DNA of 64,000 nucleotides from Xylographa opegraphella (Eukaryota): NCBI GenBank assembly GCA_022813865.1, contig JALDZX010000004.1, positions 372,001 to 436,000 of the forward strand, read 5' to 3'. Shown piece by piece: positions 51,492 to 64,000 of this stretch (position 1 is its first letter; each line of letters starts with the position of its first letter). The notes under the pieces were generated by a model. It saw only the letters and a program-made list of their open reading frames with translations, ran no database searches and was not told where the DNA came from. The position numbers and the translations under genes were made by a program.

Positions 51492-53596
51492 ATGGCTGAC
51501 GATAACCAAAGTATCCTTGTAAGGGCTCTGCCACCTGCGACAGATCATGTTCTCTATCTAATGATTCTGGAGTATAACTTGAGGAAAGCCGATTTGCCTC
51601 TTCTGCATAGACTGCTTCAAGATTCTAGGTTGACGATCAAGCTTGGTTGGGACCTGATTCATATACTTCTTCCCCTATTGCCCGCTTCCAGGGAGTGTTT
51701 GGTAGATGTTGCACGTTTAGGTAACCCTCGCGAGGTTATCTTGAAGGCTGCCGAGCTTTTGGGGAATACAGGGAGAAGTCTGTGGGGTGAGGATGAAGAT
51801 GAAGCAGACAAGTCTGACTCCGACTCTGATTTGGATGTGCCAGCATCCAATGAAGGGCAAACTAACGTCCAAGTTGCGTCTGAGGTTCGCGTCAAGAAGG
51901 AAACGCATAGGTCCTCGTACCGATCGGTGATCGAGTTTCAGGCACTGTTAGATATGATATCAACTGTATATCCTCGTATCAAAACTCAGCACCCCAGCAA
52001 ATTCTTGATTTCTACATTCGAGGCAATTCTACCGGCCTATGCTCGCGTTACCTCGTCCTCAATGTCCACGATTGCTGTGCTTACTTTGATCGAGAAACTA
52101 TGCCAGTCGGCAAAGCCTGTACTGCCACCTAGGGAGAATAGCGCGGTCAACAAGCCAACCAATTCAGAGCAGATGTCAGCTCCTGATCCCGAAGGCCACG
52201 GAGAGACTGTGGCACCAGAAGAGGCGGGTGTCCAAATACGTCTACTACGTTCATTCACCACACATGTCATCGAGGTCTACTTCGAATCACTTCCAAACGT
52301 AGACGATGGTCCTGGCTTGGCATGGACTCAGCGATACCAAGAAATGCAGCACCCAGAACGTATCGTACCGTTTCAAGAATCTATGCAAAGCAGATTCATG
52401 CCTCTGCCTACACGTGGCGAGTTCAAATCGGGTCAAAAACTCAACGACCTTAATAATCGAGACTTGATGGCACAGAGACTTATTGTAAGCACGATTATCT
52501 ATATCCCCCTAATATGAAAGCTAATCCAATACAACAGAGGGGAGCTCTATACGGGGTCAAGATACCATGGAAGGATGTCGTTTGGGTAGCAAGACACTCT
52601 CCAACGGACTTTGACAACACCAACCAAAGTAACAGCAGTCCCATATTGCAGTCTACACACGAGGAATTTCCCCTTTCGCGCAAAGGCATGCTGTACATCA
52701 TGGGGGCAGAATTAGCTTCGAAGGTTCTACATGAAAAAATAGATCGTCCACCCATGGTCCTTGGATTCCACTTCGACTCGATGACAGGATTTCTTAACCA
52801 AGATCTAGCTGCCATCGGAACGGAGCCACTCATCGTACTCGACACTATTCTGCTGCTCGGTTTCACAAGACTGGAGGACAACGTAGAACGTGCATCACGA
52901 TTCTCTAATCCTGAATTCTGCCAGTATCTTCAGAAATTGTCTTTGCTGTCAGCAAATACTCCTTCATCCAGCATTCGATACCACGCCCATCTCATGGCGA
53001 CGACAATCCTGCATGCATACCCTTCGAAGCGAGCTCGTTTCAGCTTCATCCAAGACACATTCGAACATTGTCCATACGAGAATCTTTTGGTCTGTACTAT
53101 CGGGTGGCTCAAGGAAGAGATTCTAGCAGCTGTCGCCAGTGAAAGCGTGGTAAAGAATGAGGCGGAAGGTATTGAGGAAGCGATGAAGAAGCAACAGCTT
53201 TCGGATGACACCGATGCTGGCTTTACATTCGCCAGCCCAGAGACTCTCAAATCGCTGAGCTCGTACCTCTTCAGCATTGATACGCCCGGAGAACACCACG
53301 GGGGATATATGGGTCGAATCCCGTTCTACATGACCGCGTTAAACCTCTACTATCTCTTGTGGGTATCTCCGGTGGTTTGTGAGCGTCTACAGGTTCCTGC
53401 GTTCGAGAAAATGAATGACATCCAAGGACGTTTTGTCACGCCTTTGAAGAATATTTGCAGGGTGCTTCTTGACGACCCACCTATGGCAGGCCTTCGGAGT
53501 GACCACGAGATTGCTGAAGTCCAATTGCTCCAGACGACAGTGGACATGGTCCTGGCAGCAGTGGAAAGGGTTCAGTCGGAGGGCAATTCTACTTAG
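51492..53596 (+). CDS. Ybp1/Ybp2-like (DUF1760, YAP-binding/ALF4/glomulin family) protein; intron 52485-52537
   Basis: LPPATDHVLYLMILEYNL; LGWDLI; VARLGNPREVIL; RIKTQHPSKFL; YLQKLSLLSA...RYHAH; IQDTFEHCPYENL...IGWLKEE; ALNLYYLL. Confidence 0.82.
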
Positions 53597-54343
53597 GATA
53601 TGCGGAGGCAGAGCTGATCGTGAAAAGCACTTTGGTTTTGAAGTAGGATTACAGAGAGCAGATGTCTTCTTTTGATGTAGCTCAAGCGAATGGGACTGTT
53701 ACAAATGAAAGCCTGCGTGTTGGCTGTGTCAGAATGTGCTTCGTGCCGTGTAGAGACGGCGTGTGATAGTGTTGCCTTTGAGACGAGCCATGATTGGCCG
53801 TTGGGTGCTGCAGGCTGAAACACGCCAAGACTTCCCAACGGGGGATAGCGGCGGGATGGGCGAGTGATGCACCTTTTTGGTGTACCTGAATGCGGATCTG
53901 AATCAATGCAAGTCTAATAACTCCATTCCTTTCCATAGACGCAAGCCTTGTCGCTGCCGCCGCCTTGACACGTCGTACAGTCTATCTTTGATTTGCCCCG
54001 TTCGCTATGGCTGTCAGGCTGCATTGTTGATCCTTCCGGTGGGATATTTTTGATCTCGGCAACACCAAGTTGCGTCCTCTCCTTGATAGACATTCGTTTT
54101 CAGTCCACTCCGCAAAGCGCTTCAACGGCCACTTTCATAGGCGGTACAACCTTTCCTATCATCTAATATATTTCTTGTATACCGCTGTACCGCGAGCCTG
54201 GATGTTCACTCAATAGCCGTCTAGGCTGCCAACTCAGCCAACTCATCTCCAGCAAGGAGTGCAAACGGGCTATTCTTCTCGGGTGCCAGAAAACGTCTTC
54301 TTGCGTTACTTTTGTGCCTCTTGCTGTGGGGGGCACCTTGATC

Positions 54344-56030
54344 ATGGCGACAAATGCATCCTACAACAGTGCCTCTCAGGACAGACCGTCCGGAGCAGGG
54401 TCGTCGCCATTGCACGTCCCTTTGTCGTCCTATTCTGCGTATCGACCACAGTCCATTTCCCATAGCGACTCTCCTTTGCAATCCAATTTCGAAAAGAAAG
54501 GCCCATTCTACCGAGTTCACACGCAAGACTCTAACGACTCAGAGTCCCAGCTCTTCAACCTCGGAAATCACCCGAACAACGATTCCGGCCGCTTTGCTGA
54601 CAACATACCTTTAAGACCACAGCATGAGCAGATATCTTCGGGCGAGGTACTACCACACAAGGCGGATTCCGACCTCGACAAATCTCTTCCGATACCGGTT
54701 AGTCAGAGACGGAGGCGAAGACGAGAACCAGAGAAGAAAGGCTTCTTCAGAGGCAGGGTTCCATGGGTAGTTTACATTTTTACACTGGTACAACTTACTG
54801 TGTTCATTGTGGAGATGGTCAAAAATGGTGAGTCGGCTCTTTACAATGATAAGATAGTGGCTCACAACATTGCAGCACTTCTCACTGGCACACCCATCGA
54901 GATACATCCTCAAGTCAATCCTATGCTCGGACCATCGATATACGTTCTGATAAATATGGGAGCACGGTTCGTACCATGTATGCGCTCGACGGATGGCATA
55001 CAAAACTCTCCGGTCGCGCTAACCTGGCCGTGTCCGAACACTACATCTTTTGACGTGACAAGCCCCATGAATCAATGCCAACTATCGGATCTGTGTGGCT
55101 TCTCTCCAGTACCGAACCCCTATGTGGGAGACACGCTGGATACTCAACCGCAACCGAACCAGTGGTTTCGCTTCATCCTTCCCATATTTCTACATGCGGG
55201 TATCGTTCATATTGCTTTCAACATGCTGCTCCAGTTGACGCTCGGTCGAGAGATGGAGAAGGAGATTGGATCTCTGAGGTTTCTGCTGGTTTACCTGAGT
55301 AGCGGGATATTTGGATTCGTCATGGGTGGAAACTTTGCCCCGAATGGTATTGCATCCACCGGCTGTTCTGGTTCTCTTTTTGGTATAATCGCTGTCATGC
55401 TACTTGAGCTCCTGTTCACTTGGAAGGAGCGAAAGTCGCCTGTCAAGGAGTTAGCTTTTATCATCCTTGATATTGTTATTTCTTTTGTCCTGGGCCTCCT
55501 CCCTGGACTTGACAATTTCTCCCATATCGGCGGATTCCTGATGGGTTTGGTCCTAGGCATATGTATCTTGCACTCGCCAAACGCTTTGCGTGAGCGGGTG
55601 GGATCTCAGGGTTCGGCATACGGAGCAGCCACCACGAAACGGAGGAAGAAGAGCAAGGAGGGTATGCAAAGTTTTGTGACAAATCCGGTTGGCTTCTTCA
55701 AGGGTCGGAAGCCGCTTTGGTGGGCTTGGTGGGCTGTGAGAGTAGCAGCTCTAGTTGGGGTATTGGTGTGTTTTGTGGTGTTACTGAACAACTTCTACAA
55801 ATACCGCACGAAATGCTCATGGTGTAAATACCTGAGTTGTTTGGTGAGTTCCTCTTCTTTCCTTTACTTTGGAATTCTGCTGACGCTCGTCGTAGCCGGT
55901 CAACAATTGGTGTGATGTTGGCAACATCCAAGTTCAGAACCCCAACGCCAATAGTACCATGCACAGGCGAGATCTTTTTGGCGTCGTGGATGTAACGCTG
56001 TTTACACGGCATCCGGATTTACCTTTATGA
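54344..56030 (+). CDS. Rhomboid family intramembrane serine protease; probable introns 54828-54875 and about 55844-55895
   Basis: NPMLGPS...LINMGARFVPCM; PNQWFRFILPIFLHAGIVHIAFNML; STGCSGSLFG (catalytic Ser); DNFSHIGG (catalytic His); CSWCKYLSCL|PVNNWC. Confidence 0.92.
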
Positions 56031-56565
56031 GTATAAGACAGGATAGCTTTTTTGGAACGCCTGCCGAAGGCACACACCATTAATTACAAAGGGATTATAC
56101 GCTGGTAGAAAGGGCCTCTTGGACATGGGCACACGCTCGGATTCCCATTTTAAATACATATGATGAAATGCAATTGATGATACCTGCCGAGTCCCGCGAT
56201 ATATGACGCAAGTCCATACGGTGTAGATGAAGGTTTTCTGGAGCTTTTGCAATCGTTCATGTGTGCGAACAATGTGAAGCTGTGAATATGAATTAGGATT
56301 GTCTGGCTAGCTGTATTTAGCCAATAGCGATCTCCCCCTGGATTCATTGGGCTGGTCGCCCGTGACCCGACCGGAGAGACGTGCGAGACAACGTGGACTT
56401 GGAAGATGCATTAACGTACACTCCGTCCAGATTTACTGGCGTCCTCGTGAGCTATTTTAGGTTCTATCTCTTCTCCGCTAGAAAACTATCAGTCGATTAT
56501 AGCTAAACGAGTATTCATTTCAGATGGCGCTTCCTTTCTAGCTCTCACTCAAGAACACCTCACAC

Positions 56566-58282
56566 ATGGCGATCAGCAATTCCTCGTCCTCCTCCCCACC
56601 TCCTGCGAAGCATCGCCGGCGGGGCTGCGCGGGAAGCTGTGAGCGATGCTGCTGGACATTCGTCACTCACACGCCCCTGGCTTTCGTCTATGGACTGACA
56701 ACATGGGCTTTCTTTGTGGAATTCAGTCTCAGCAGGATCTGGGCACAAAGTTCGTGGAGAGGTAGGAATACAACCAGGCGAGGTTTAATGCTGATGGCTA
56801 ATATATGCCTCGATGCTAGGATACATTGCGATGTTCATTGGTGCCTCCCTTTTTGTTCTTTTGAATTGGTCTTACACCACCGCCGTATTCACGGACCCAG
56901 GCTCGCCTCTCAACCCTCCTTCATCGTCGGCGTCCAAAGCTGGCTATTCCCACCTTCCAACACATGAGCCTGCTGCAAACCCCGATCTTCCGTCTTTTAC
57001 CGTCAAATCAACCGGTGGGACGCGATACTGCAAGAAATGCCAGGCTCGGAAACCGGATCGTGCTCATCATTGCTCGACCTGTCGGCGGTGCGTCCTGAAA
57101 ATGGACCACCACTGCCCTTGGCTGGCTACATGTGTCGGAATGAGGAATTACAAGCCGTTTTTATTGTTCTGCACATACACAACGATCTTCTGTTTAGTGT
57201 GCTTCGGCGTCTCCGCAGCCTCGTTGTGGACGGAGATTGCCAACGACACGCGCTTTGACCAGGGATTACTGCCCATTAATATGGTGCTGCTAGCTGTCTT
57301 GTCAGGTATACTGGGATTGGTTCTATTTGGCTTCACGGCCTGGCACATCAGCCTGGCATGGAAGGGGCAGACCACGATTGAGTGCTTGGAGAAGACGAGA
57401 TATTTGAGTCCTCTAAGGAAGTCAATGCAAAGAGCGCAGTACGAGGTAACCGATAACGATGGAGGGGTCGTTCAGCAGTATGGGCAGCAGCTGGCTCAAA
57501 TTCACGCAAATGCTCTGCCTGGCATTACACGTCTTGAGGAGGGCGAGGAACGTCCTTCTCCAGTAGGAGACTTGGAAAGAGGGTTGACCGCACAAGAGGC
57601 ACTGCATATGAGCTATGACGAAGTAGAGCGGGTACGCGAGAGGCAGAGGTATGAGGAATACCTAGATGAGCAGGATTCCGAGAAACTGCCAAACGCGTTT
57701 GACCTGGGCTGGAAACGGAATCTCCTTCATCTTTTCGGCGAAAGCCCCTTGTTCTGGCTTCTACCTGTTTGTAATACGCAAGGCGATGGCTGGCACTGGG
57801 AGCCTAGTCCGAAATGGTTAGAAGCACGAGAGGAGGTCCGACGGCAGAGGGAAGTGCAGTGGAGACAACAGGAGGAGAGGGAAACTCAAGCAGGGTGGAG
57901 CAGGGGTCGTGCACAGATCGCTTCACGTCAGCCTAGAGATGGTGCTGGGAGACAGTTTCTGAACACGTCGAACGGAGTGGTCGCTGTGCCAGGTGCAGGC
58001 TCAAGGTCACCGGGGAAGGCGGACCGTGTATTGGGTAGGATGCCCCATCAGTATGCCGATGGTAATCTTGAGGATTCTTCTCGACCAGGCAGCGGGATGT
58101 CTATGCGTACACTTCGACGGAAGACTAGCTTTGACAGAGTTGGCGACGAGGTGGACCATTATGAGGTGAGTAGCGATGAGGATGACTATGTGCAGGGGAG
58201 GCCCTTGGCCAGTAGGCATGCCTCTCGTCCGGATGATGCCTCGAGTAGACGAGTGGAAGATGAATGGCGGGAGTGGGATTGA
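56566..58282 (+). CDS. PFA3: DHHC palmitoyltransferase Pfa3-like; intron 56762-56819
   Basis: YTTAVFTDPGSP; RYCKKCQARKPDRAHHCSTCRRCVLKMDHHCPWLATCVGMRNYKPFLLF; QTTIECLEK; LPNAFDLGWKRNL. Confidence 0.9.
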
Positions 58283-59115
58283 AGCGCTACTTACGCTCAG
58301 CTTCTGTTTTGCATCACTCGATGTGCGATATGATATATATACCACCAGCGATGATGATACCACCCGCGAGGATGTCTGCCATCTACCGAAGGATTTTGGA
58401 TCACCAGTACGACACACAAAGGCATGTGGACTACTGGGTCGGGAGTTTTGGCTCACGCTCTTGGAATTGAGCTTATAGCTCTTTGGCAGTGAAAACATTA
58501 CCACCAAGGTGGATGGATGGTGGCAGGAACTTTGGAATATAGTGGAGTGCATATCGAAAGGAGTCTCAAGTTGGGAGCGGCGAGCTTGGGTTCTTGATAT
58601 TGGCTTTCGATTTGGTGTGCAATATGGATAGACATGCATCAGGGTGTGCTTGTAGAGTGTTGTATTAACTTCGTATACCAAACATGCTAATTCTAGCGTC
58701 TTTGACAAGAAGTTCATTCCAAAAGACATATAACGACAGCTTGTCCTATATGAGATGCTTCTTAGCTCTAAGACGACACTGAATCCAAAGCACCTCCGTG
58801 TTGTACCAGCGCGCGCGGTCGAGCGGACTGTGCATATCAAACCCGAGTGAATATATCCCCACGCGAAGTGCCAATACGCCAAGCCCTAACTTCATGATCT
58901 CATTGACGGCCTCCATTGAACCCACCACCCTCACGACACACTACCTCCCACTCCTCTCCAAACCCCCCCACCCCTCCTCTCTCCATCTAACAAACCCCCA
59001 GTCTCCTCTCTACCACTCAATGCAGCAGCAGCAGCAGCAGCACCAACTCCGCTAATCCACACACACCTCCCACAAAACCACTTCCACATCCAACCCCCCT
59101 GCGCCTCCACCAACA

Positions 59116-59772
59116 ATGTCGACCCCGCCAACCTCCCCCTCCGACCCACGCCCCCCCGCCCCCTCCCCCACCGCCTTCTCGACCGCGACACACGCCCTCT
59201 CCCTAACGCTCCTCCTCGCCGCGCCCGTCCTCGTCGCCCTTCCGCCGCGCAAACTAGACCTCTACACCTTCTCCCTCTCGTCCGCCTGGCTCGTCAGCGC
59301 CAACCACCTGACGACCGAGCGCACGGGCGCCAGCATCGCCGCCAACATCACCCAGCGCCTCAGCCGCCCCAGCCCGCCCCCGCCGAGCGAGCACGCGCCT
59401 GCGCGCATAGCGGAGGAGGAGAGACGCAGGCGGCTGGGTCGCGACGGGCAGGCGCTCGTGGGCGCGGGCCGACAGCGTGTTGCGGAGGGGGGGAAGCAGG
59501 AGGGGGGCGTGCTGGCTCGGGCGGAGCAGCTGTGGATGGGCGGCGAGGACGAGGGGTGGAGGGAGCGCCGGCTGCGCGAGGAGCGGGAGGCGCTGGCGGA
59601 GGGGAAGGGCTATTGGGATTTGATCGCGGAGCAGGTGTGGGAGGTGTGGAATTGGGGTCGCAAGGACGAGGACGGCTACGGCTACGGGCGGCATGCGGGC
59701 GATGTGGAGGCTGAGAAGAGGAGGGTGGAGGCGCTGAAGAGGGAGAAGTCGAGGGGGTTGGGGGGCGAGTGA
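59116..59772 (+). CDS. Conserved fungal hypothetical membrane protein (218 aa)
   Basis: Hydrophobic segment followed by LPPRKLDLYTF; C-terminal LWMGGEDEGWRERRLREEREALAEGKGYWDLIAEQVWEVWNWG, a pattern I recognise from Pezizomycotina hypothetical proteins; strong third-position GC bias in this frame. Confidence 0.8.
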   Translation: MSTPPTSPSDPRPPAPSPTAFSTATHALSLTLLLAAPVLVALPPRKLDLYTFSLSSAWLVSANHLTTERTGASIAANITQRLSRPSPPPPSEHAPARIAEEERRRRLGRDGQALVGAGRQRVAEGGKQEGGVLARAEQLWMGGEDEGWRERRLREEREALAEGKGYWDLIAEQVWEVWNWGRKDEDGYGYGRHAGDVEAEKRRVEALKREKSRGLGGE

Positions 59773-60216
59773 GGGAGTTGGACCGGGGTGGAGTATGTGC
59801 TGTGGTTTCGTGCTCGCGGGCAAGTCGTGTAGCAGATGGATACAATCCGAGGGAGGGCTCCTGCTTGTTTTCGGGTGATGGGCTGCGATATCCCAGCAAA
59901 CGAGAGACTGACTGGCCTGGAAAGGCTGGTTACTATCAAGGAATCAGGAAAAAACTACGGGTCATCGTCACGCTAGGAGCATACATGGTGTCGTAATATC
60001 AGTGCTTTTCTTACCCATTCCGCACTCTATCTGGTTCGTATCTAGGTGAAGAAGAAAACAAGCAAGATTGGCTAGGACAGACCACGCAGATATCCTAAGA
60101 AATGAAACACAGCCATCAACAAAAATGTCTCAGCAGTCGAAGACGCATCGTGAGCTAGTCATTCTTACTGTCCGTACGGCGCCAGCTACAGCAGGAAAGC
60201 CCTTGGCTACGGCCGG

Positions 60217-62735
60217 CTACCATTCCGGCTCCCCAGCTTCGTACCGTACCGTCCCGTCCACATGTTGCCCGTCAACACGGATGATTCCTCCGGACACCAT
60301 ACCCAAGACCCTGTCATAATCCTTCGAGAGCTTAATCCTACAGCGGGAAGTTGCCGATTCCATGTGTTGAGTTAACGCTGTTGCATTTCGGTAGATCCGA
60401 AGGCAATCCGGGCATCGGTGATCGACGCCTTTATGAGCTGGAGAGCGTTGGTGGCTGGTAAAACCAAGACGTGTAGGGAAGCTTTTTCTGAAAGGAGAAT
60501 GTCAGTCAGGTATAATCTATCTCGAAGATGAATCTAACATACCCGCATTTTGGATAAGGGCACTTCCAGGTGCCGATAATGGTCATAAATTCGTCGGGGT
60601 TATAGTTAGACGAATTTGGATCGATTGCATCTACTGGCGAGCCGTTGCTGAATGTTAGCCCGGACTTTGTTGAACCTGATCCCGTAGTCATTTCCGTCAG
60701 GATCGGATGTGAGTACCGCGTTGGTAAAGATTGAATATCTTGGTTCTCGAGCTTTGGATTCTGCTTCGCCTTTTCGACAATGACTTTATGTGGCGTAGAC
60801 CCAGGTGTAGACCACACTGGAATCTTTAGCTGTGGCCCAGCCTGCGTCGCGGCCAGAGGTCCCGCAGTCTGGCGTGCTTTCGTATCCCCTAGGGGAGGGA
60901 ACTCCGAGTGTAGAGAGACGTTCATGTTGCGAAGAGATGTACCTCCATTGGCATCAGCTTGCGAGGCCAGTACAGAGGCCATTGTAGCTTTTCTAATGCC
61001 GTGCTCGGATTCCTGAAGAACGACTTCATTCATTGCAAGTGTGACACTCCCTGGCTCGCCTTCATCGTCTCCTTTCTTAGTCACAAGATCGGCTACTTCT
61101 TCCATAGTCTTTTCGTTTGGCGTCATTGCGAAGAAGATGTCGTCCTCATCCATTCCTAGCCTTAGCAGTTGGGCATTCTTGATAGCGTGACTGGCACGAT
61201 ATCGCTCAAACTGTTCGACACTGATTCTCATGCATCTGTTCTTCTCAATGTGGTCAATGAGACTTCCCGCTCGAACGAACTTAGACCCACAACCAGGGCA
61301 GTTGAGATTTTGAGGATTCGGATGTATCTATTTATGTTAGCCATGACTCCCGAATGGGCCATTATTAACATACTGTACGAATGTGCACATCACGGCCACC
61401 ATTACTGCGGAAGTCTTCACCACAGATAGGACAAGCAATGTGTTCAGGGCTCTCGATCTTGTGGTCCAGATAATCTTGAGAATCCTTGAAGTCTTTGTCA
61501 CACCTTCTGCAATAGTCGTGCATTTCAACCTTATGCATACGGATTTCTTTCAGTGTATCAAAGCCTAATCGGCAATCCTCATACGGACATGGATAGTTCC
61601 GTGACATCTTTAGAAGCTCGGGCATATCTGCCTGCTTCGTTCCTGTTACAGTATCTCCAGTTCGGATGCTCGCTGGTGGGAAGGTAGATGTCGACGCTGG
61701 CAGTGAAAATTGGATCTCCTGATTCATCTCCTCATCAATCTTAGGTTTGCGAGCCATTTGAGTGGTTGTTTCTGGTGATACAGATGCAATGGAGAACTTG
61801 GTAGTCACCGTCGTCCGATCGAGATCCGCGAGATGTGCTCTAGTCAAATTCGAAGAAGTTGGCGTTTTCAGATGTGCGGGTAAAAGTTCAAGTTTGGTGA
61901 CAAAATTTCTGGGGTATGACATCGTAATATTGCTTACTGAGATGCCCTGCTGCTCTGTTATTGCCGGTGTGTAAGTACTGTGAGAGTTTGGTACCGAAGA
62001 GGTCCCCAGTGACCCAGTTAGGAACGGTACTGTCCGAGGAACCGCAGAGTTTGAGACAGATGATGGCTGAATTGCCTTTTCTTGTGGTATAGAGCTCGCG
62101 GTTGCCAATGTCTTAGCTTGAGTATTGAAGGCGGACGCAGGTGACGGCAATAAAACCCTCAGGTGTGGAGGGAGTGGACTTGCTTCTGTTGTTGGGGCGG
62201 ACGCGGATGCTGGCAATAAAACCCTCGGATGTAGGGGAAGCTGACTCGCTTGAGGTTTCATTGAAGACACCTTGGCCGACGCTCCCGAAAGATTTTTGGC
62301 TGAGGCTTTAGGCACGTTTCCAGATCGATACTTCTCTAGATGAGCATCCAAGCATGCTCTCCACTGTTGAACTGTCGCAGCTGGTAGCCACGGCTGTGGC
62401 TTCTGCTCGATGATGGTACAAGGATGAGGTGGAGAGCATTCATTCTTTGCTGATGAAGTTGACTGAGACCCGGGGTTTTCTGTTGGCTGAAGACGAGGTG
62501 CAATACCAGGATTTTCAGTCAGTCCATCACCACGGTTACCAAGACCAGACTGTGGAATGATTAATACTGATCCTTCAGGAGAATTGCTATTAGTCTCTGC
62601 ATTGACTGGTGATGGCGATTGTAGCATCCGGATGTGAGGAATCAGCCTGTTGGTCTCTGTGTTGGAGGATGATTGTGATTGCAGTACCCGGAGGTGAGGA
62701 GGAAGCCAACCAGCTGTACCTGTAGAGTGCGCCAT
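60217..62735 (-). CDS. C2H2 zinc-finger protein with repeated PPHLR-like N-terminal motifs; 3 exons
   Basis: CPYEDC...HKVEMHDYCRRCDKDF...HKIES, HIACPICGEDF...HIRT, CPGCGSKF...HIE, WKCPYPKCG|KSF...HQRSPAH, HRCPDCLRIY...HMES; ends DGTVRYEAGEPEW*. Confidence 0.8.
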
Positions 62736-63334
62736 CGCGGCTAATAAGCCTGCGGCAGAAGAAAGTGTGTCTTGGGGTAAGTACGTAGGTAAGGTGCCTT
62801 ATGCAGCAGAGATGTGAAGAAGAGGAAGCTACCTTACGACACGAGAGTGATTAAGCGAGCTTCTCGCTAGCGGTTAGCTAGGAAGCTTGTGAATGTCAAT
62901 ACCGTAAAGACCAATCTCGATCGGGACATCAGATAGTGTTAGAGAATTGACACTGCTACGAAATGAGAGACATAAATTTAAATAGACTCACAACTCTGGT
63001 CGAGCCGCTCTATATTCAGTTCACACTAACTGTCCGATTCACCAGTGAAGACAGACGTCTGCCAAGTAGCCTACCAGTGCAAACATTCTCGATTCATGTT
63101 GCATAATTCTTGGTAGCTAGAATGTTACCGCGTACTTCTTCAATGGGTGATGTTGTGATTATCCAAATGGAGCATATTCGGCCACCACATCCCTCACTGT
63201 GTAGCTATCTATATATCTGAAACACCTTGTAAAATGGTGAGGGACAACTGCTTAGGAGTCAGTCAAAATCCTCAGCATTTTACTATTACAACAATAGTCG
63301 CACTCACAGTCACGTCTTTACCTTCGCTAGATAC

Positions 63335-63958
63335 TCAATCCTTCGTGCCAAAACACCCGCTGAAGCACCCAAAGTGGCGTTTGTCTACCCTTAGCACCTT
63401 TGCTTCCATCTTCTTCTCATAGGCTAGCCTTCCTTCCTCAACTCTTGATCGCTCAAAGGCTTTGCGACTTCCAATAGTAGTCACGTTTCCAAACCTCTCA
63501 GTAGCCACATATCCAGACCCTTCACTACTCACACTGGCGTTGCGTGCTGCGGCAACTGCTTTCAGAATACTCTCCTGCCGCTCACGGATTGTGAGAGGGC
63601 GTTTGGGGTCTGCGATATATTCCTGAGCGCGTAGAAGGCGTCCCGAAGGCGATTGCACAAGCTTAGGCAACTTCTTCTTTCGACCACTGCGGCCAGTTGC
63701 ATTGGTCATAAAAACCTCGATATTGTCGTCGGCACAAATACCTAGAAGATCGTAAGGATCAATAATTTCGGACATACGGTTCAGACGCTGAGGCGGAGCT
63801 GGGGGAGTGATGTTCGATACACATTTGGCGTCAGCATAGTTCGGATTGGCTGAGCTGTAGAAAACTTCATAAACCTTTTCGACAGTAAGACCAGGATTGA
63901 GAGGTGTCTGTGAGGACGCAGACCCGCGGCGGGCTTCATGCGACTGCGATTGACCCAT
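63335..63958 (-). CDS. Hypothetical protein (207 aa) with N-myristoylation-like start
   Basis: Uninterrupted ORF starting MGQSQS (MGxxxS); internal motifs RMSEIIDPYDLL, VQSPSGRLL and RPLTIRERQESI; C-terminal GCFSGCFG. Confidence 0.7.
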   Translation of the reverse strand: MGQSQSHEARRGSASSQTPLNPGLTVEKVYEVFYSSANPNYADAKCVSNITPPAPPQRLNRMSEIIDPYDLLGICADDNIEVFMTNATGRSGRKKKLPKLVQSPSGRLLRAQEYIADPKRPLTIRERQESILKAVAAARNASVSSEGSGYVATERFGNVTTIGSRKAFERSRVEEGRLAYEKKMEAKVLRVDKRHFGCFSGCFGTKD

Positions 63959-64000
63959 GGTAATTGGAGGATGACCGAGATCTTTAGGTAATTTGCTGAA

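Noticed and set aside
54828..54875. In-frame 48-nt intron in the rhomboid gene as a second exitron
   Set aside because: Typical minimal intron length; being 3n and stop-free over 16 codons is readily expected by chance.
58007..58882. 291-aa minus-strand ORF overlapping the PFA3 3' end
   Set aside because: Antisense to a bona fide gene and its UTR, non-ATG start, no domain features.
59254..59899. Minus-strand Pro/Arg-rich ORFs
   Set aside because: Shadow frames of the very GC-rich plus-strand gene at 59116-59772.
1..64000. tRNA/rRNA genes, secondary-metabolite cluster, prokaryotic defence systems
   Set aside because: No cloverleaf or rRNA-like sequence, PKS/NRPS/terpene backbone gene or prokaryotic operon structure was recognised by eye. 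A tRNAscan-SE/Infernal run would be needed to exclude small RNAs.

Overview
This is eukaryotic, intron-containing DNA from a filamentous ascomycete (Pezizomycotina), judged from the gene content and the GT-AG introns with CTRAY-type branch points. About 26 protein-coding genes can be reconstructed. Most are conserved housekeeping or signalling genes: phosducin-like PhnA next to the G-protein beta subunit, SamB/Mub1, a 2OG-Fe(II) dioxygenase, Mkt1, TigA-type PDI, HSBP1, Ebp2, an RFTS/zinc-finger Raf2/DIM-7-like protein, Pus4, an SLC35F/Thi74-like transporter, Ypt7, Atg16, Dot1, a YML020W-like hydrolase, Spb1, a JMJD7-like protein, phospholipase D, a Ybp1-like protein, a rhomboid protease, Pfa3 and a C2H2 protein. 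The most interesting item is absent from the ORF track: a two-exon, 30-codon gene at 50319-50516 encoding MPPAATNAAPAEVEVPKDNRGNPYYGCAVM, a CAAX-terminated candidate a-factor-like lipopeptide mating pheromone precursor. It sits in a ~4 kb gene-free interval, downstream of two tandem ACAATAYTAA pairs that share a 16-bp period. Other notable items are a Kex2-processed, 4-Cys secreted peptide resembling MiAMP1/beta-gamma-crystallin antimicrobials, a stop-free in-frame 162-nt intron in the PLD gene, and recurring orientation-independent C-rich to G-rich skew-switch islands. I recognised no rRNA, tRNA, CRISPR or intact transposon. All family assignments come from motif recognition by eye; no database searches were run.
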